DNA from: Glaucostegus cemiculus
Taxonomy: Eukaryota
Direction: 5' to 3'
Length of the DNA stretch: 64,000 bases
NCBI GenBank assembly: GCA_976551045.1
Contig: CDPCPM010000026.1
Span: forward strand, 13,764,001-13,828,000
The notes under the pieces were generated by a model, which was not told the origin of the DNA, searched no databases, and worked only from the letters and a program-made list of their open reading frames with translations. Positions 12,441 through 25,429 of this stretch are shown one piece after another (within the stretch, counting starts at the first letter, position 1; each line of letters starts with the position of its first letter). Both the position numbers and the translations under genes were made by a program.

Positions 12441-13587
12441 TGAATAGAAAGATGAAGCTTCAAACATAGCTACCTGTGAGAGCCCAAAGAACTCTCCCTA
12501 GTGGCCTTCAATGTTGGGAGAATTAACAATAATGGAAAAAAGCTGAAAGGAACAATCATGGAAAGGCAGTTCAATGAACTATTGTTAGTTCTTCTTAGGC
12601 TACAAAAGATGAATGTTAAATAGTAAGTCCTGCTATAACTGGAATTATACTGTACCAGAGTACATCACCAATTGTGCAAGGCTATACCAACTGGTATCCC
12701 AAATGTTGCTGTAACTTTACATTTATAGTATTATGCACCATGTTTTAGGTGGAGGTAATGAGAATCAAACAAACTCAGATTAAATCCCTGCACCATAACT
12801 GTCTATGAGAATTATATAAGAAGAGTGGCTTTAAATTTAATAAAATACCAAATTATATTTTACACGGTTAGCTTCTAAATGAATTTCACACATGCTCTGT
12901 GCATATTAAATTCATATGCAAATCATTTCATTCCAGTCTTTTGGATATAAAACATTGGAATTGCATTGAAAATGGCATCTTGTCCCCATGATAACATGTG
13001 TGGTTAGTTGAGTTTGGAATATTTGTTAATTATGAAATACAGATTATGTAGACTTGCACTTCGAGGATTTAAGATTCAACATGAGTAAGTTTTCCATATA
13101 CTTTTCTTAAACATTGTTAACTCCAACTTAAACAATGTCAATTTGAGAAATGTACTATATTGCCTTTGTCCATTTGTCTGTTGGTTATAGGGGAAGCAGC
13201 AAAACTAATGCAAAGAAATCAATTTAGTATGAACAATAAAATGAAACACTAATATGAAGCTGCAATTGGACAATCTGTCATAGAAACTGCATTATCTGTC
13301 TTTTTAAACCAAATTTCTTAATCGGTAACATAAATAAGGAAAATAATTGAATGATGCTGTTAAAGTTAATGGCATAGTCCCATTTAATGTACAGCAAGAC
13401 AAACCCAGCATTAAAATATTTACTTAATCACATATTACTGTCTATTTACATAATAAGCTAATACAGTATAAGAAAAGGAAGCTCTTGTATTACTGCAGGA
13501 TTTTATTTTCTACATTTGAGAAAGATGTGACAAGAGTTGTCTGTGTAAGAAGTTTTAGTATTCTGTGGATAATTGTTCAATGTGTAG

Positions 13588-13657
13588 ATTTATGGCACAG
13601 ATCACACGTGCAGAAAGAAGGACCTTGTAATGGAGGTCACAATACTACAGATACAAG
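13588..13657 (+). other. Candidate short exon
   Basis: tgtgtAG acceptor (weak pyrimidine tract) and AAG|gtaggt donor; two frames open. Not recognised. Confidence 0.15.
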
Positions 13658-14579
13658 GTAGGTATAACCTACTTTCACAAAATGCTGGAAAACTGGTTTA
13701 AATAGATTTTAGCCAATCTTCACATTTAATAATTTTATATCCATATATAAATTATAAATTTCTCACTGCATTGGACAAGCTTCTATTCATTATTATGTAA
13801 TGTATCCCTGAAGGTATTCCTGACATATATCAAAGTAAATCATTGTATTGAATAGTGGCATTGCATATTGATACTGGAAAACAATGCATCATCCTGCCAC
13901 TATTCAAATACCAGCTGCTGTATTAGTTCATTCATTATGATATGGTCCTCGAAAGATCAGGAAAATAAATTTAAGTGAATTTTAGTGTTTTTTTTTTACT
14001 GTGAAGACCATAGGGTCATATAATACAACAAACAAATAAATGTTAAATTTGTGCCAGTGAAGAAAGACAGTCTCCAAAGCTGTTGAGTGTTTATTATTGA
14101 TGGGAAATGTGGTGCTGCAGCTGTGAGCCAAACAGAGCTAAGATGAGGAAACACTAATTTCAAACCAAACAATATGTGTTTTATAAGTATATAATCATCA
14201 AAAAAATGTTATAGATCCAGAGAAAGTATTTGTAATCGTCACTTAAAAGTCATATATATTTGTTGTAAATTTACATTTTTTTTGATTGCTTATTGTAACC
14301 ATATTTTCCTCGTTGGTTCACTAAGACAGTGCCATATTGTCTTTTTCAAGTATTATGTCTTTTAATGAATGATGGGGGAAGCATGTTAAATGTTCCTTTC
14401 AAGCCAAGCCCATAAATCTCTGCTGTGTGACCTTACAGGATATATTACATGAAAAGGACAACATGATGGTAAGTATGCCTGAAAACAAGAACAAAACAGA
14501 AGGCTCTTTTGTAAATAATAATAAAATATTTTTATGACAAACTGACATTTTAAATCCCTATCCTTCTAGCTTACAACAT

Positions 14580-14820
14580 CTTCAACTTACATAATGCCTT
14601 CAACAAAATGAAATGTCTGTAGGCCCTTAACAAACATACATAATCGTGTCTGAATTAAGACCAGATTTCAGTGACGGTGATCAAAGACTTGGGGGTCAGA
14701 AAAAATAAATTAAGATGGATTTCTGAAGGCAGGAGAGAGATGTAACAAAACAACTTACAGAGAAATGTTCATAATTGATTGCCCCACAGTGGCTAAAAGC
14801 TGTCCTCAATATGTTGGATT
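14580..14820 (-). mobile_element. Decayed L2-type LINE 3' end
   Basis: acataatgccttcaac...ggtgatcaaagacttgg...ggagagagatg...ggctaaaagc resembles a reverse-complemented elasmobranch L2 tail. Confidence 0.45.
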
Positions 14821-15387
14821 GTAGAGGCAGGAACTAGATTCCTTATTGTTATCCTGCACTATTTTCTCGAAGACTTTGGCTCCAATTTTAATTGTGGAAA
14901 TCTTTTAGGTTAATGGATCACCAGGTAAATTGCAAACTCACCCATTACTCCAGAGGTAAAACCTGAGCTATTTCCAGGCCTTACTTCCAGGCCTTACTGA
15001 AATGCATCTGCATCAGGGGTGGAGGTTGTTGGTTGACTGCAAACACATATCAATAAAATCTCCAGGGACCACCTTTAAGACACTTTTGTTCAGGAACTGA
15101 TGAATGAGATGGCAAGTTGGTGGCTTGGATGTCTTGAATTTTCTCTTTGCTCCTCCTGGCTTAACAAAGAAGCAGCAAAATAAAGAATAACTGTTTTAGC
15201 CTCTCTTGTCTTGACCTTTCTTCCCATTTCCAATGTTAATGGGTGATGTACAGCAACTTCTCCACTCTATTCACTGGTTAAAATTCCACACAAGGCTTAG
15301 TGATTGGATATTAACATGTAAAGAGAACCCCATTTGTTTCTGAGTAAATGTCATTGCCTTCTCAATAAGGTAGGTTAAAATTCAAGG

Positions 15388-15512
15388 TAAGAGAGCAGAT
15401 GCTGGAATCTAGATTAAAAATACAATGATACTGGAGGAGCACAGCAGGCTAGGCAGCATCCGTGGAGAAAGGCAGGTGGTCAATGTTTCGGGTCGAGGCC
15501 CTTCTTCAAAAT
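15388..15512 (-). mobile_element. Penelope-like terminal repeat fragment with hammerhead-like motif
   Basis: gcagatgctggaatct...cagcaggctaggcagcatccgtggagaaa...tttcgggtcgaggcccttcttca; same family as 63440-63550. Confidence 0.75.
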
Positions 15513-15569
15513 TCGAGGTGGTGAGTTTCTAGTGACTTTCTGATAGACAAGGATATAAGAGCAGATTTA

Positions 15570-16110
15570 CACCAAACATCCTAGTTCATAACTTATTCTG
15601 AATCTTGCTACTTTGCAATACATTCCCCATATTCCTTAATACTGCAAAACTCCAAAAGTTAATTGATCTAAACTTCCAAACTGTACAGCAACTGAGCATT
15701 CAGTCATACGTTTACATAAAGATTACCACCCACCGACTAAAGAGATTTCACAGCTCTTAAGTGGCCAGTCCCCGTCCCTTATCTCAAGAACATTCTAAAC
15801 TCTCTAGGCAAAGTCTTGCATCACCTTAGCCTGTTGGTCCCTTTCAGGATCACTTCTGGTTCTTCCAAATTCTGATGAACATTAGCAAATCTGATTCAAT
15901 TTCTCCTCATATTCTACTATCCTATCTTCCCAAGAATTATTATGGGGAATACTTGTTGCATTCTTTCCAAAGCAGAGATCAAAACTATAGAGAATACTCC
16001 AGGTGTGATCTCACCCTGTACAATTGCAGTACTCTTATTTTCCAATAACATGCAATAAAGCCCAACATTCCATTTGCCTTCTGAATTGCTTGTTATGGAT
16101 GCAAATTAAC
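15570..16110 (-). mobile_element. Decayed CR1 3' fragment
   Basis: tccccatattccttaatac...aaagattaccaccc...aatactccaggtgtgatctcacc...cattccatttgccttctgaattgcttg follows reverse CR1 ORF2. Confidence 0.7.
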
Positions 16111-17649
16111 TTCCTGAAATTCATGAACCTGCTGCACTCTTTGTAATAGTTAATTTGGACTCAATTTCCAGAGAGGCAGAGGCTATCACTTTAACTCATC
16201 TCATGCCTAACTTTCTTCTATTCTGGACCTTATTCATTTCCTCACAATGTTATTGGATGTCTGTCCATCAGTAAAATAGAAATAAGACCAGGTAGTTAAA
16301 ATTGCCTGAGTGTCATGAAAATCATACTTCAGGAGTTTCCTACTGATTCACACCCTCACTGCCTCCCCAATTCCACCACCAAAAACATGCCCTGCCCCAC
16401 ATGACATGTCCTCTAACTTAACATTTATGATAAGTTGTACCTGATATTAGTGAACTGAATAAATGAGAACACATTGAAGTATATCAGAAGCTACGACAGG
16501 ATTGAATATCATTGAGCTAATTTATTTTGGCCAGTTCCTCTATAATCAGAAATCCTTGAACAGATGAGAGAGCTATGATCATTCTCTGTTCTCCGCAATA
16601 AGAAATGCAAAACATTGTAACAATAAAAAGTGTTGCGCAGAATTTGCAAATATATCTTAGGTTTGTGTTGAAAAATGTGTATCCCTCCTACTGAAGTATA
16701 GTTCATATCTTATTATAAGATAAACTATTATCTTCCTTCATAAAAAGGGTAAAGAATCAAGAATAAGTAGTTTATGAAGGAATTAAGGAAACCATTATCT
16801 CCTCCCCATCACATGATCTAAAATATGAAATGGAGGTGCAGTTCATGTGAAATGAATTGTTATACATAGATACCTACAGCACAATTCAGATCCTTCGGCC
16901 CACAAGGCTGTAAAATATAAGTACTTATAAACTATAAGTACTTTTTTATGTTCCAATAGTTTCTCTTTTGGGTGTTGTATGTGAGTTAGCTAGTCTAGCT
17001 ATCAGGGCAATACAGAGCAACCAGGTGTTTATAATTACTGATTTACATTAAAGGTAACATGAATTGTCTAAAATTTATAAACATGAGGTACCTTCATTAT
17101 TAGAAACTTGATTGTTTGGAAATTCATGTCTCATCAGTAGACTAAATGCAGTAGTTATTAGTCACTGCAATATGTACTCTGTCTCTGAAATTTGCTTGCA
17201 TTAAAGTCCAAGGAACTGGATTCCAAAGACAGAGTACAACATACTGCTGCTACTGTGGAGTGCACTTAGCACCATTAACACCAAATGAATTTCTAGTCAT
17301 GCATCTAATTTCAAACAGAATTGTTGCTGATAAGAAAGTTTTTTCAGTGAAGAATCTCGGAAAGATTACTTTAGCTTTTAGTTGTTCTTGTTCTTTTGTT
17401 GTTGAACAAACCTACTGGGTCCTTCTTATGTGGGTATTTCGTGCTTGTATTTCACCCATTGGAGATAGGAATTGTTCCCTATTTGAGGTAGCAAAACACA
17501 AATAATTTTGGGAGTTCAGTGCACATGCAGAATGAAGTAACAATGACTAATGTCATGCTTTCATATGCTAAAGGTGAGGTGACCACTGAATCTAACTACC
17601 TCTGGAAGTTATTGTGCAATTTGGACATCACACAGAGTAGTTGTGACAG

Positions 17650-18900
17650 TTACAGGTACGGGATTGGGTGCTCTGGTTCGTTAATGCTGAGGATGAAACT
17701 GGAAAGCCTTGCATTCTAAGCAGACCTTACAGCACTTGAGGACAGAAAGAAAACATCAGAGGGAGGAGATGGCAAGAGGAAAATGCCTGCAGTGATGTAC
17801 TGACGACTTGATCCCAGTGACACAAGAGTTTAATGAACTCAAACAAATGTTCAGTGCATGGCCGATATTGCAGCAAATCCCATCCAGTAGCTATTACATT
17901 TTAAGCAAAACACTATTCTAACATTCTCACAGATTTTATACATTGCTATTTAAACTGGGTAGGCAGATTATAATGCAATCACTAATCCAAACCCTCTATG
18001 TTGTAGCAGAATATTGCTTGTGTTAGAGGGCCACAGGGGTGGGGAGGGAGGTCCATAAAGGGTCAGCCATTTGGAGGAGGGGTCTGGCTGCCAAAGAGCC
18101 AGTGGCCAGCATGGAGACTACCAATGTTGATGGTGGACTCACATCAAATCCTTCTTCCCTCATGACACGCCTCTCTTATCCTCCAGTCTTGTCTTCCTTC
18201 TAACATCCAAGTGGTTCATTTCCTCCCTGCTCATCCTCTGAGCATGACCTTTCACTTGGTCCTTTCTCCCATCAAATATCCTGGAAATACTCCTTGCCAA
18301 TGCAACACTCCACCTCTGCCATGGAGAATGTTGAATACACCAAGGAAATGCTTGGGGCATTGGCTGGCCTGCTTAACAGCCTGAGTAAGATGCCTCTGAT
18401 TCTGCTGAGATAGCTCTACCTGATTTGAGCCCTGTTGTGTTTCCTCTTTCAGGCTTCTCTGGAAGTTTTCCTTGCACTCTCCTCTTGCTCCTTTTAGCCA
18501 CTATCACATCCACAACAATCAGCAGAGAAAGGCAACCTTGAGCTTAGCATGCCCCCAGACTCTCAACGTCCCTTCCAACATGTCTTCAGCTCTGTGGGAT
18601 GGTGGTCTCTGCACCAGCTGATGACAACATGATCCTGTTAAATGGTGTCAGCATATGTCACGTTCCTGGTGTTAAGGCATACTTCATTGTGCACGCCCCA
18701 TATTGAGTGCTAATTACTCGTCCATGGTATTATTTTCTAGGGACCCTCCCTTTGGACATTGAAGAGAGTTGAGCATCACCACATGTCTCATTTGCATATG
18801 TGTCATGCACATAGAAACAGCCAATTACAGATGGAATTACATACCATGTGTGTGAAAAACTCATGATCCCAATTTAAGTTTTTATATGTGAATCCAAACC
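17650..18900. mobile_element. Probable decayed Harbinger-derived element
   Basis: Weak Myb-like (ALEDRK...QEFNEL, +) and transposase-N-terminal-like (SYLSR...LLRL, -) remnants in a relatively GC-rich block. Confidence 0.3.
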
Positions 18901-18919
18901 CGTGACTCTAATAAAAATT

Positions 18920-19058
18920 GGAAAGCAAAAATTTGCAGATGCTGGGCACCCGAAATGAAAACAGAAAATGCTGGAAATACTCAGCAGGTCAAGTAGGATC
19001 TATGGAGAGACAACAACAAATGAGCTAATGTTTCAGGTCCATGACTTTTCATCAGATT
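18920..19058 (-). mobile_element. Penelope-like terminal repeat with intact hammerhead core
   Basis: gcagatgctgg...aaacagaaaatgctggaaatactcagcaggtc; minus strand reads CTGATGA-aaagtcatggacct-GAAAC. Confidence 0.8.
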
Positions 19059-21399
19059 TTTAATAAATGTGATTTAGGTGAATGCGATTCTCTACCAAAA
19101 TCTTCCAAAACAAACCAGAAATACAAATTTTACAGCAATTATCAACAGTAATTTATTTTATTTAATTTGAAATAGTTGTAATTGGTTACATATTTCTGCA
19201 AAATTTGAACTTACTGGATTTGAGCCAGGAGCAATTATTTTTAACTGTAATCATTTTCAATATATATTTCTAGCATCCACTCTTACATTCCATATTTTTA
19301 ACCATTAATTTGTAATATGTAAATCTGGGCTTGACAAGATCTTCAACTCTTAGTTTATTTTATTTATTTTCATTCTTAATCTACAGATACTTACAACTGT
19401 TGTTTATTCATCTGATCTTGTTCTTCCTATTCAATATCAATTAAAGCACCATTCCAGGAGACAGTGGGTATATGACTGGGAGCTGTAGATAACATGATCC
19501 AAGCTGGTTACAGACTTGTCAAATGTACTGACATCACATTGACAGGAGAGTTCATTTAAAAATCTGTCTTGATTCTTCACATTTTTTTAAAATGTAGAAA
19601 TCAAGCAATACAGAAACTGGTGTTGAACTCTTTGAGAAGAGAAGTGATTTGGCCCTGACATAAAATGAAATATATACCCTATAACATTGCAGGAGGGGAG
19701 GCAGAAAGCGGACAATAGCATCAAGTCAAACTTTTGAGAGCAGCATATCTATAAGAAGAACAGAAAAATACCCCTTTCCTTAGAAGTATAGTGCAGTCGA
19801 ATCTTGGCTGAAGAAAGAAGAAAAGATATAACCAAAAAATGAAGTCAGCTAATGGATCCTATATGGCAGTTCTGAATTACAGCTGGTTAAGTAGCCAGCC
19901 TGCCAACTACAGACACAGAGGAACTAAACTAAGTTGATGAGTTGCTAGTAAGAAGGTAGAATCAAGCCACATCTTAAGGAAATACTTTGTCAGTTAGAGG
20001 CTATGTCATCATTAATGCTATCCAGAGGACTTAGTCTGCAGGGATAGAGAGCTGTAGCAAATACAGTAATCATGGCACATGTAAAAAAGAATAACCTTGC
20101 ATGCAATTGGTCTCTACAGATTATTTAATTAATAATTCCAGATTAACTTGGCAAAATTTATAAATGATTTGTTTACATTTGAATCACATAAATTACATTG
20201 TAATTATGTGCATATGAATCTGTAGTACTTGTGACATCGCACATGTGGCATTTTACTCTGGTTCAGATCTAATCGCAGTCACCATTTAAAAATACTCCAA
20301 ATGAAAACACTTTATCTCGTTGTATCCCAATGCCCACCCAAGCATCAGTGAACCATGGAACTGGAATGAAATTTAACCTTGGTGGACACAGCTATTATAA
20401 ATACATATCTATAATTGAAAAGGCATTCAAAATCACTTCCACTTTGAACAAAAATCTGTAGATACAATAATCACGTTACTTTCAGAAATTTATACATTTG
20501 GCATAGTTGAGAATTAGTGCCAATCAGTGAAGGGTCGTATGGCTAGGAAAAGTATTTTCAGTCTTTAATGGTAACATTGACTTCTTGTTCTAGACCATCT
20601 GAGATTGTATGTTGTTTATTTGCTATTATTTGATTCCATGTGGAGATATATGCCAGTGAATAACCAATAATACACAAATGGGGAATTGTGAAAGCCATTT
20701 TCATATTTTATGGTCCATAGGTGTTTGGACAAACCAAACACGGTTTAGACAAAGCCTCTTACTTCTAAGATGGATAGTAATTATGTTCGTGAAACAGGGC
20801 TCCATATTGCTGGTTGATTTACCACCATGGCTTATTTGTTTCCAATTGCATTGGTGAATTTTGATCTCATTTTTTTTTACTGCGATTCATGCCAAATGGC
20901 AAATTACTTTGGGAATTACTGTGTTGTAGATGTTGTGTTGTATGTGTGAACAGATATTGACATCAATCCTCACTCAAAATGATTTGGAACGAGTTTGGCC
21001 AAATTGGACCATGGCCATAAAGCTAGTGCAAAGTTCAAACATGCCAGGGAACCTCATGACTAACAGCAGGAAAAAAAACCTTCCTATCAACCTTTCCTCT
21101 TTAGAATGATTGTTGATTTGACACTTTCTTTATTGAATGAATGAAAATGCTAGCTGCTCAGACAGACAAACTAAACAACTCTAAGGTCTTCAATTTGTGG
21201 GTGTTGTTTTGATTCTATCTGTAATTATAACATTTCATAAAACTATAGTATCTTTAGGAGGCGATTTGGCCCTTTTAGTCCGCGAGCTCGCTGCAGATCT
21301 ACTGTGTTAGTCCCATTTCCTGCTCCTTCCACAAAGCTCTCCACGCATTCTGCCATCGAATATTCACGAATCGAATATACCCCCTTCTAAACCACAACT

Positions 21400-21660
21400 G
21401 GGTACAATAGCACAGAGATTAAGTTACCAGACAAATGCCTTAAAGTCTGGATCTTTGATCCAGAGACCTGAATTTGACTCCTGTGAGAAATTGAATTAAT
21501 ATGGGATAAACTATTGTTTTCAGTAAAAAAAAATGTGAGGTTGTTGTGAAAAACTTATCTCCCTCACTAATGTCTTTGGGGGGAAGAAATCTGCCATATT
21601 CATCCAGTCTGCCTAAATGTCATTCTAACCCACCTGCTGTGGACCACTCAGTTCATGGGC
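21400..21660 (+). mobile_element. Decayed tRNA-derived SINE
   Basis: Colinear with the copy at 43095-43465 (ccagagac.tgaattt...cactaatgtcttt.gggaagaaatctgcc). Confidence 0.6.
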
Positions 21661-22294
21661 CAGTCTGGAACAGTTTCTCCTTATATACCCAATCTATCCT
21701 CTTAAGGTCTTATACAGCTCTATTAATTTTCCTTTCAACTTTTCTTACTCCAAGAAGAACAATTCTGCTATGTGTTGGGAGCTGATCTGTATGCCTGTAT
21801 TGTAGAGCTGGTCAATGAACTCTGGGGGATACAAGAAAGTTTGAACTTGTGTTAACTCTTCACTGAAGATCAACAACATCTATTGTGAATGCTTACATCA
21901 TACATCTATTTACATCCTTATGACAAATGCAAATAACTCATTTACATACAACCACATGTACCAGACTACAATCCATCTTTGAAAGAGTATTTCACATTTT
22001 AGAGTAATTACAGGTTCAATCTGTTGACTTGCTTTCTCAGATGCTCAGATTTTCTTAACTGTGTTTTTTGGCTATCTGGTTTACATATTGCTCTTTAGTG
22101 ATTGGTTCTATATCCACTCTAGTATATCTCTCACTGCAATCTTTGGTCAATGTGGACATTTCTGACTTTCAGTTTGAATAAAATAGTGTTTAGTACTGCA
22201 GACTTACTGTTTCACCAATATCCAACATTGAAATTCTGAACCAACTAGCAAAACCCTAATCATTACAGTTTAGCAACGTTATGACCATTCTGAT

Positions 22295-22562
22295 CATTTT
22301 GCATTAAAATGGATTTTGTTTCTTTTTGTTCTAATTTTGTTTTTTTTCTTGTAAAAATTGTGTATAATTTATGTTTAATTTATACAGGTAGTGAGATCAC
22401 AAGTTAAGTAAAATTTAAGATTCTGTGTGCTCAACAATTTTTCTTGTGAATGCTGCTTTTGTGATGCTATATGCCTGTAATGAGGTTGCAGGTAGGTTTT
22501 TCATTGCATCTGTGCGTATATGTGCTTGTGCATATGACAATAAGCTCAACTTTGAACTTTGA
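22295..22562 (+). mobile_element. Rex1-type LINE 3' UTR carrying an internal foreign insertion
   Basis: 3' part matches 7998-8090 including the tgacaataa...actttga tail; interrupted by a copy of 23055-23117. Confidence 0.75.
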
Positions 22563-23117
22563 TGTAATTTTTCATTGATCTTGACACCCTAACATTTTTA
22601 TGTTTCTTGAACTGCTTTGCCTTATCCAAATGAAATGTTACGATCTGAATCATAATTTTGCTTTTGTTTTAACTGTTGTCCCTCTACTTTCTCCTTCAAG
22701 CTGGGCTGCATTAAACTGGCACTTGTTCAGAGTCCCTGATGCATTAACAGCTGCTGGGGTGAATCCTGAGGTAGAATGTGACATTGCATGATATTTGTTT
22801 AGAAAATTAGTTGAATGAAGGTTTACAGCCAGTATTGAAAAATCATGGAAACTTCTCTCTTCAAAACTACCAAAAAAATAATTCATTAAAAGAGCAGACC
22901 TACAATCAGTGACTACTATTGTGCCTGTGGAGACAATCCATGCAACTTGCACTTACGTGATGTAGATCATATTTTGGGAATGGAATTTATGACCACCCAT
23001 CATGACTGGGTTGGATGACGGACAGAATTCCTTATCATTGCTGCCATTTCCATCCAGGTAGTGAGATCACAAGTTAAGTCAAACTTAAGATTCTGTGTGC
23101 TCAACAGTTTGTCTTGT
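22385..23117 (+). repeat. 63-bp direct duplication (22385-22447 and 23055-23117)
   Basis: caggtagtgagatcacaagttaagt...gattctgtgtgctcaaca.ttt.tcttgt; 59/63 identical by manual alignment. Confidence 0.95.
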
Positions 23118-23398
23118 ATCCATCTATTGTTGAAGCCATACAAAAGCCTAATCTGAAGCACACAGTTTAAGAATTCACTGAAGTTGCAATATCTGGATAA
23201 AACCTCTAATGCTGCAGTATGTTTCCTATCTTTTTCTCCTGCACTTTAATTCCTCTTGCCAAACATGTGACTTTTCCTACTTCAAACGGCTATGAAATTA
23301 TCCCTCAATTTTTATCCCTCAATTTCTACATTTGGATGTACCAAATAAGTGTGTGATAGGTCTTAAATCCAATTTTTTCTGAATGTGCAGCTAAGGAC

Positions 23399-24350
23399 AT
23401 GGACAACGTGACAATGGACAACGTTGAGTTGGACTACAGAGAGGAGGTGAGGCAACTGGCCACGTGGTGCAGAAACAATAACCTCTCCTTGAATGTGGAA
23501 AAAACCAAGGAGATGATAGTGGATTTCAGGAGAGGTCGCCAGGTGCACACCCCACTGACCATCAACGGGTCTGCTATAGAACAAGTAGGCAGCACCAAGT
23601 TCCTGGGGGTGGACATCACTGATGACCTGACCTGGTCCACTAACACCACAGCCCTCACGAAGAAAGCCCAGAAACGTCTCTACTTCCTGCAGAGACTGAG
23701 GAAAGTGAACTCCCATCCCTCGGTAATGAAAACTTTTTATAGAGGGACTATCGAGAGCATCCTAACTCAATGTATCACTGTCTGGTTTGGGAGCTGCTCA
23801 GCTGCTGGACAGAAGTCCCTCCAGAGGATAGTAAGGATAGCAGAGAAGATCATGGGTGTCTCTCTTCCCTCCATCGCAGACATATACAAGGACCATTGTG
23901 TTAGGAAGGCCAAAAATATAATGTCGGATCCTTCTCACCTCTCCCATCATCTCTTCACACTCTTGCCGTCTGGAAGAAGGCTCAAATGCATCAAGGCGAG
24001 AACGACCAGGCTGTGTAATAGCTTCTTCCCGCAAGCCATCAGATCAATGAATTCTCTCATTCCTCCATCTATCCTGCCAACACTAAAGGATGCTAGGTGC
24101 TCAGAAACGCACCAGGACTTTAAATGTCCGCTGCCAGTTCGCTCATTTTAAAACTATTTATTTAAACTGCAGAATTTAATTTAATTTTTGTGGTTTTAAT
24201 GTTCTTTTTCAGTGTGTGTCTGTGTGTCTCTTCTGTTTAATATTTAATGTGACGTGCACCTGTGGGGGACGGTACCTCGCTCCTATGCATACTGTGTGTG
24301 TGTATATATGGTTGTGACAATAAAACTGATTCTGATTCTGATTCTTATTC
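23399..24350 (+). mobile_element. Young 5'-truncated Rex1/Babar-type LINE (RT C-terminus, 3' UTR, (TGATTC)n tail)
   Basis: Uninterrupted 250-aa frame with YREEV, LNVEKTKEMIVDFRR, KFLGV, KKAQKRLYFL and LPSGRR; ends gtgacaataaaactgattctgattctgattct; CpGs retained. Confidence 0.95.
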
Positions 24351-24552
24351 TGAGGACTCACATGCTCATTTGTACAACCAGGTAAATTTCCTCTGTGCTT
24401 GAGCTGCCATTTGTTCCATTTCTCAAATAAACAGTGAAGTTGTAACACTTGAGGCTTCTTTGCATTATGTTCAATTCTCCACTATTTTCTTCAGTTATCA
24501 ATGTCTTTCTGTATCTCACAATTGACAACCACTGCCTTTTTTAATTACTGAT

Positions 24553-24710
24553 ACAAGAGACTGCAAGTGCTGCAAGCTGGAGCATAAAACAAACTGCTGA
24601 GGAACTCAGTCCTAATGCAGGGTCTCAACCCAAAATATCGACCAGCCCTTTGACCATCCACAGAGACTGCCTAATCCATTGAGTTCTTCCAGCTATTTGG
24701 TTTTTTTTGC
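24553..24710. mobile_element. Short fold-back Penelope-like terminal element
   Basis: aactgctgaggaactca ... tgagttcttccagc.atttg inverted ends around a degenerate hammerhead-like cctaatgcagggtctcaacccaaaat. Confidence 0.6.
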
Positions 24711-25094
24711 ACATTTTTAATTACCACTGCTTGACTGCTGAATACAGATTTACTGATTCATCAATGTCTCAGCCATTTTATCTTCCCCAAGTCCAGATTT
24801 TAGCTCCAGTGTTCAGCTCCATTGATCACTGGTCTTCAGCAGGTTCTGCAAAATACATTTACTTTATCTTTGGATCCGATATGTCTTGATTTTATTGACT
24901 ATCCTTGTTGTCAGTTGTACTGTTTTGGGAGGTGGTTTGTGAGCCAGAATTGTAAAGCTGATAAGTACTGCACTAAATAATCTCTTGGAGACCCCAGACC
25001 ATGTACTAACTTTACTGAAGACTAACAACATTAATTCACGTATATCTAACTTGTTTCACATTTACATACAAATATACCATAAACCATCGATTCC

Positions 25095-25372
25095 CATAGA
25101 ATCATATATTAGTATGAAAACGGGCCCTTCATCCTATTGAGTCCATGGCAACCTTCAAGCACCATTTACACTAATTCTACACTAATCTTATTTTATTCTC
25201 TTCCCATTCCCATCAACTCCCCTCAGATTCTACCACTCACTTACATGTAGTGGCCAATTAACTTACTGACCCACATCTCTTTGATGTAGGAGGAAAATGG
25301 AGCACCCAGAAGAAACCCCTATAGACACAGGGAGAACTTACAAACTCTACCCAGACAGCCCTGGAGATCTGG
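25095..25372 (-). mobile_element. Older HE1-like V-SINE with CR1-type tail
   Basis: ggaggaaaatggagcacccagaagaaaccc...acagggagaac...caaactc is the reverse V-domain; gggcccttcatcc is the CR1-like tail. Confidence 0.8.
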
Positions 25373-25429
25373 GCAATCCCTAACTGAAATATTTATTGTT
25401 GGAACTATTGTAGTAAATATTTTCTGCAC

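Noticed and set aside
23399-24151. 250-aa ORF as a host gene
   Set aside because: It is the C-terminal part of a Rex1/Babar RT lacking the catalytic YADD; its ATG arises from a junction duplication.
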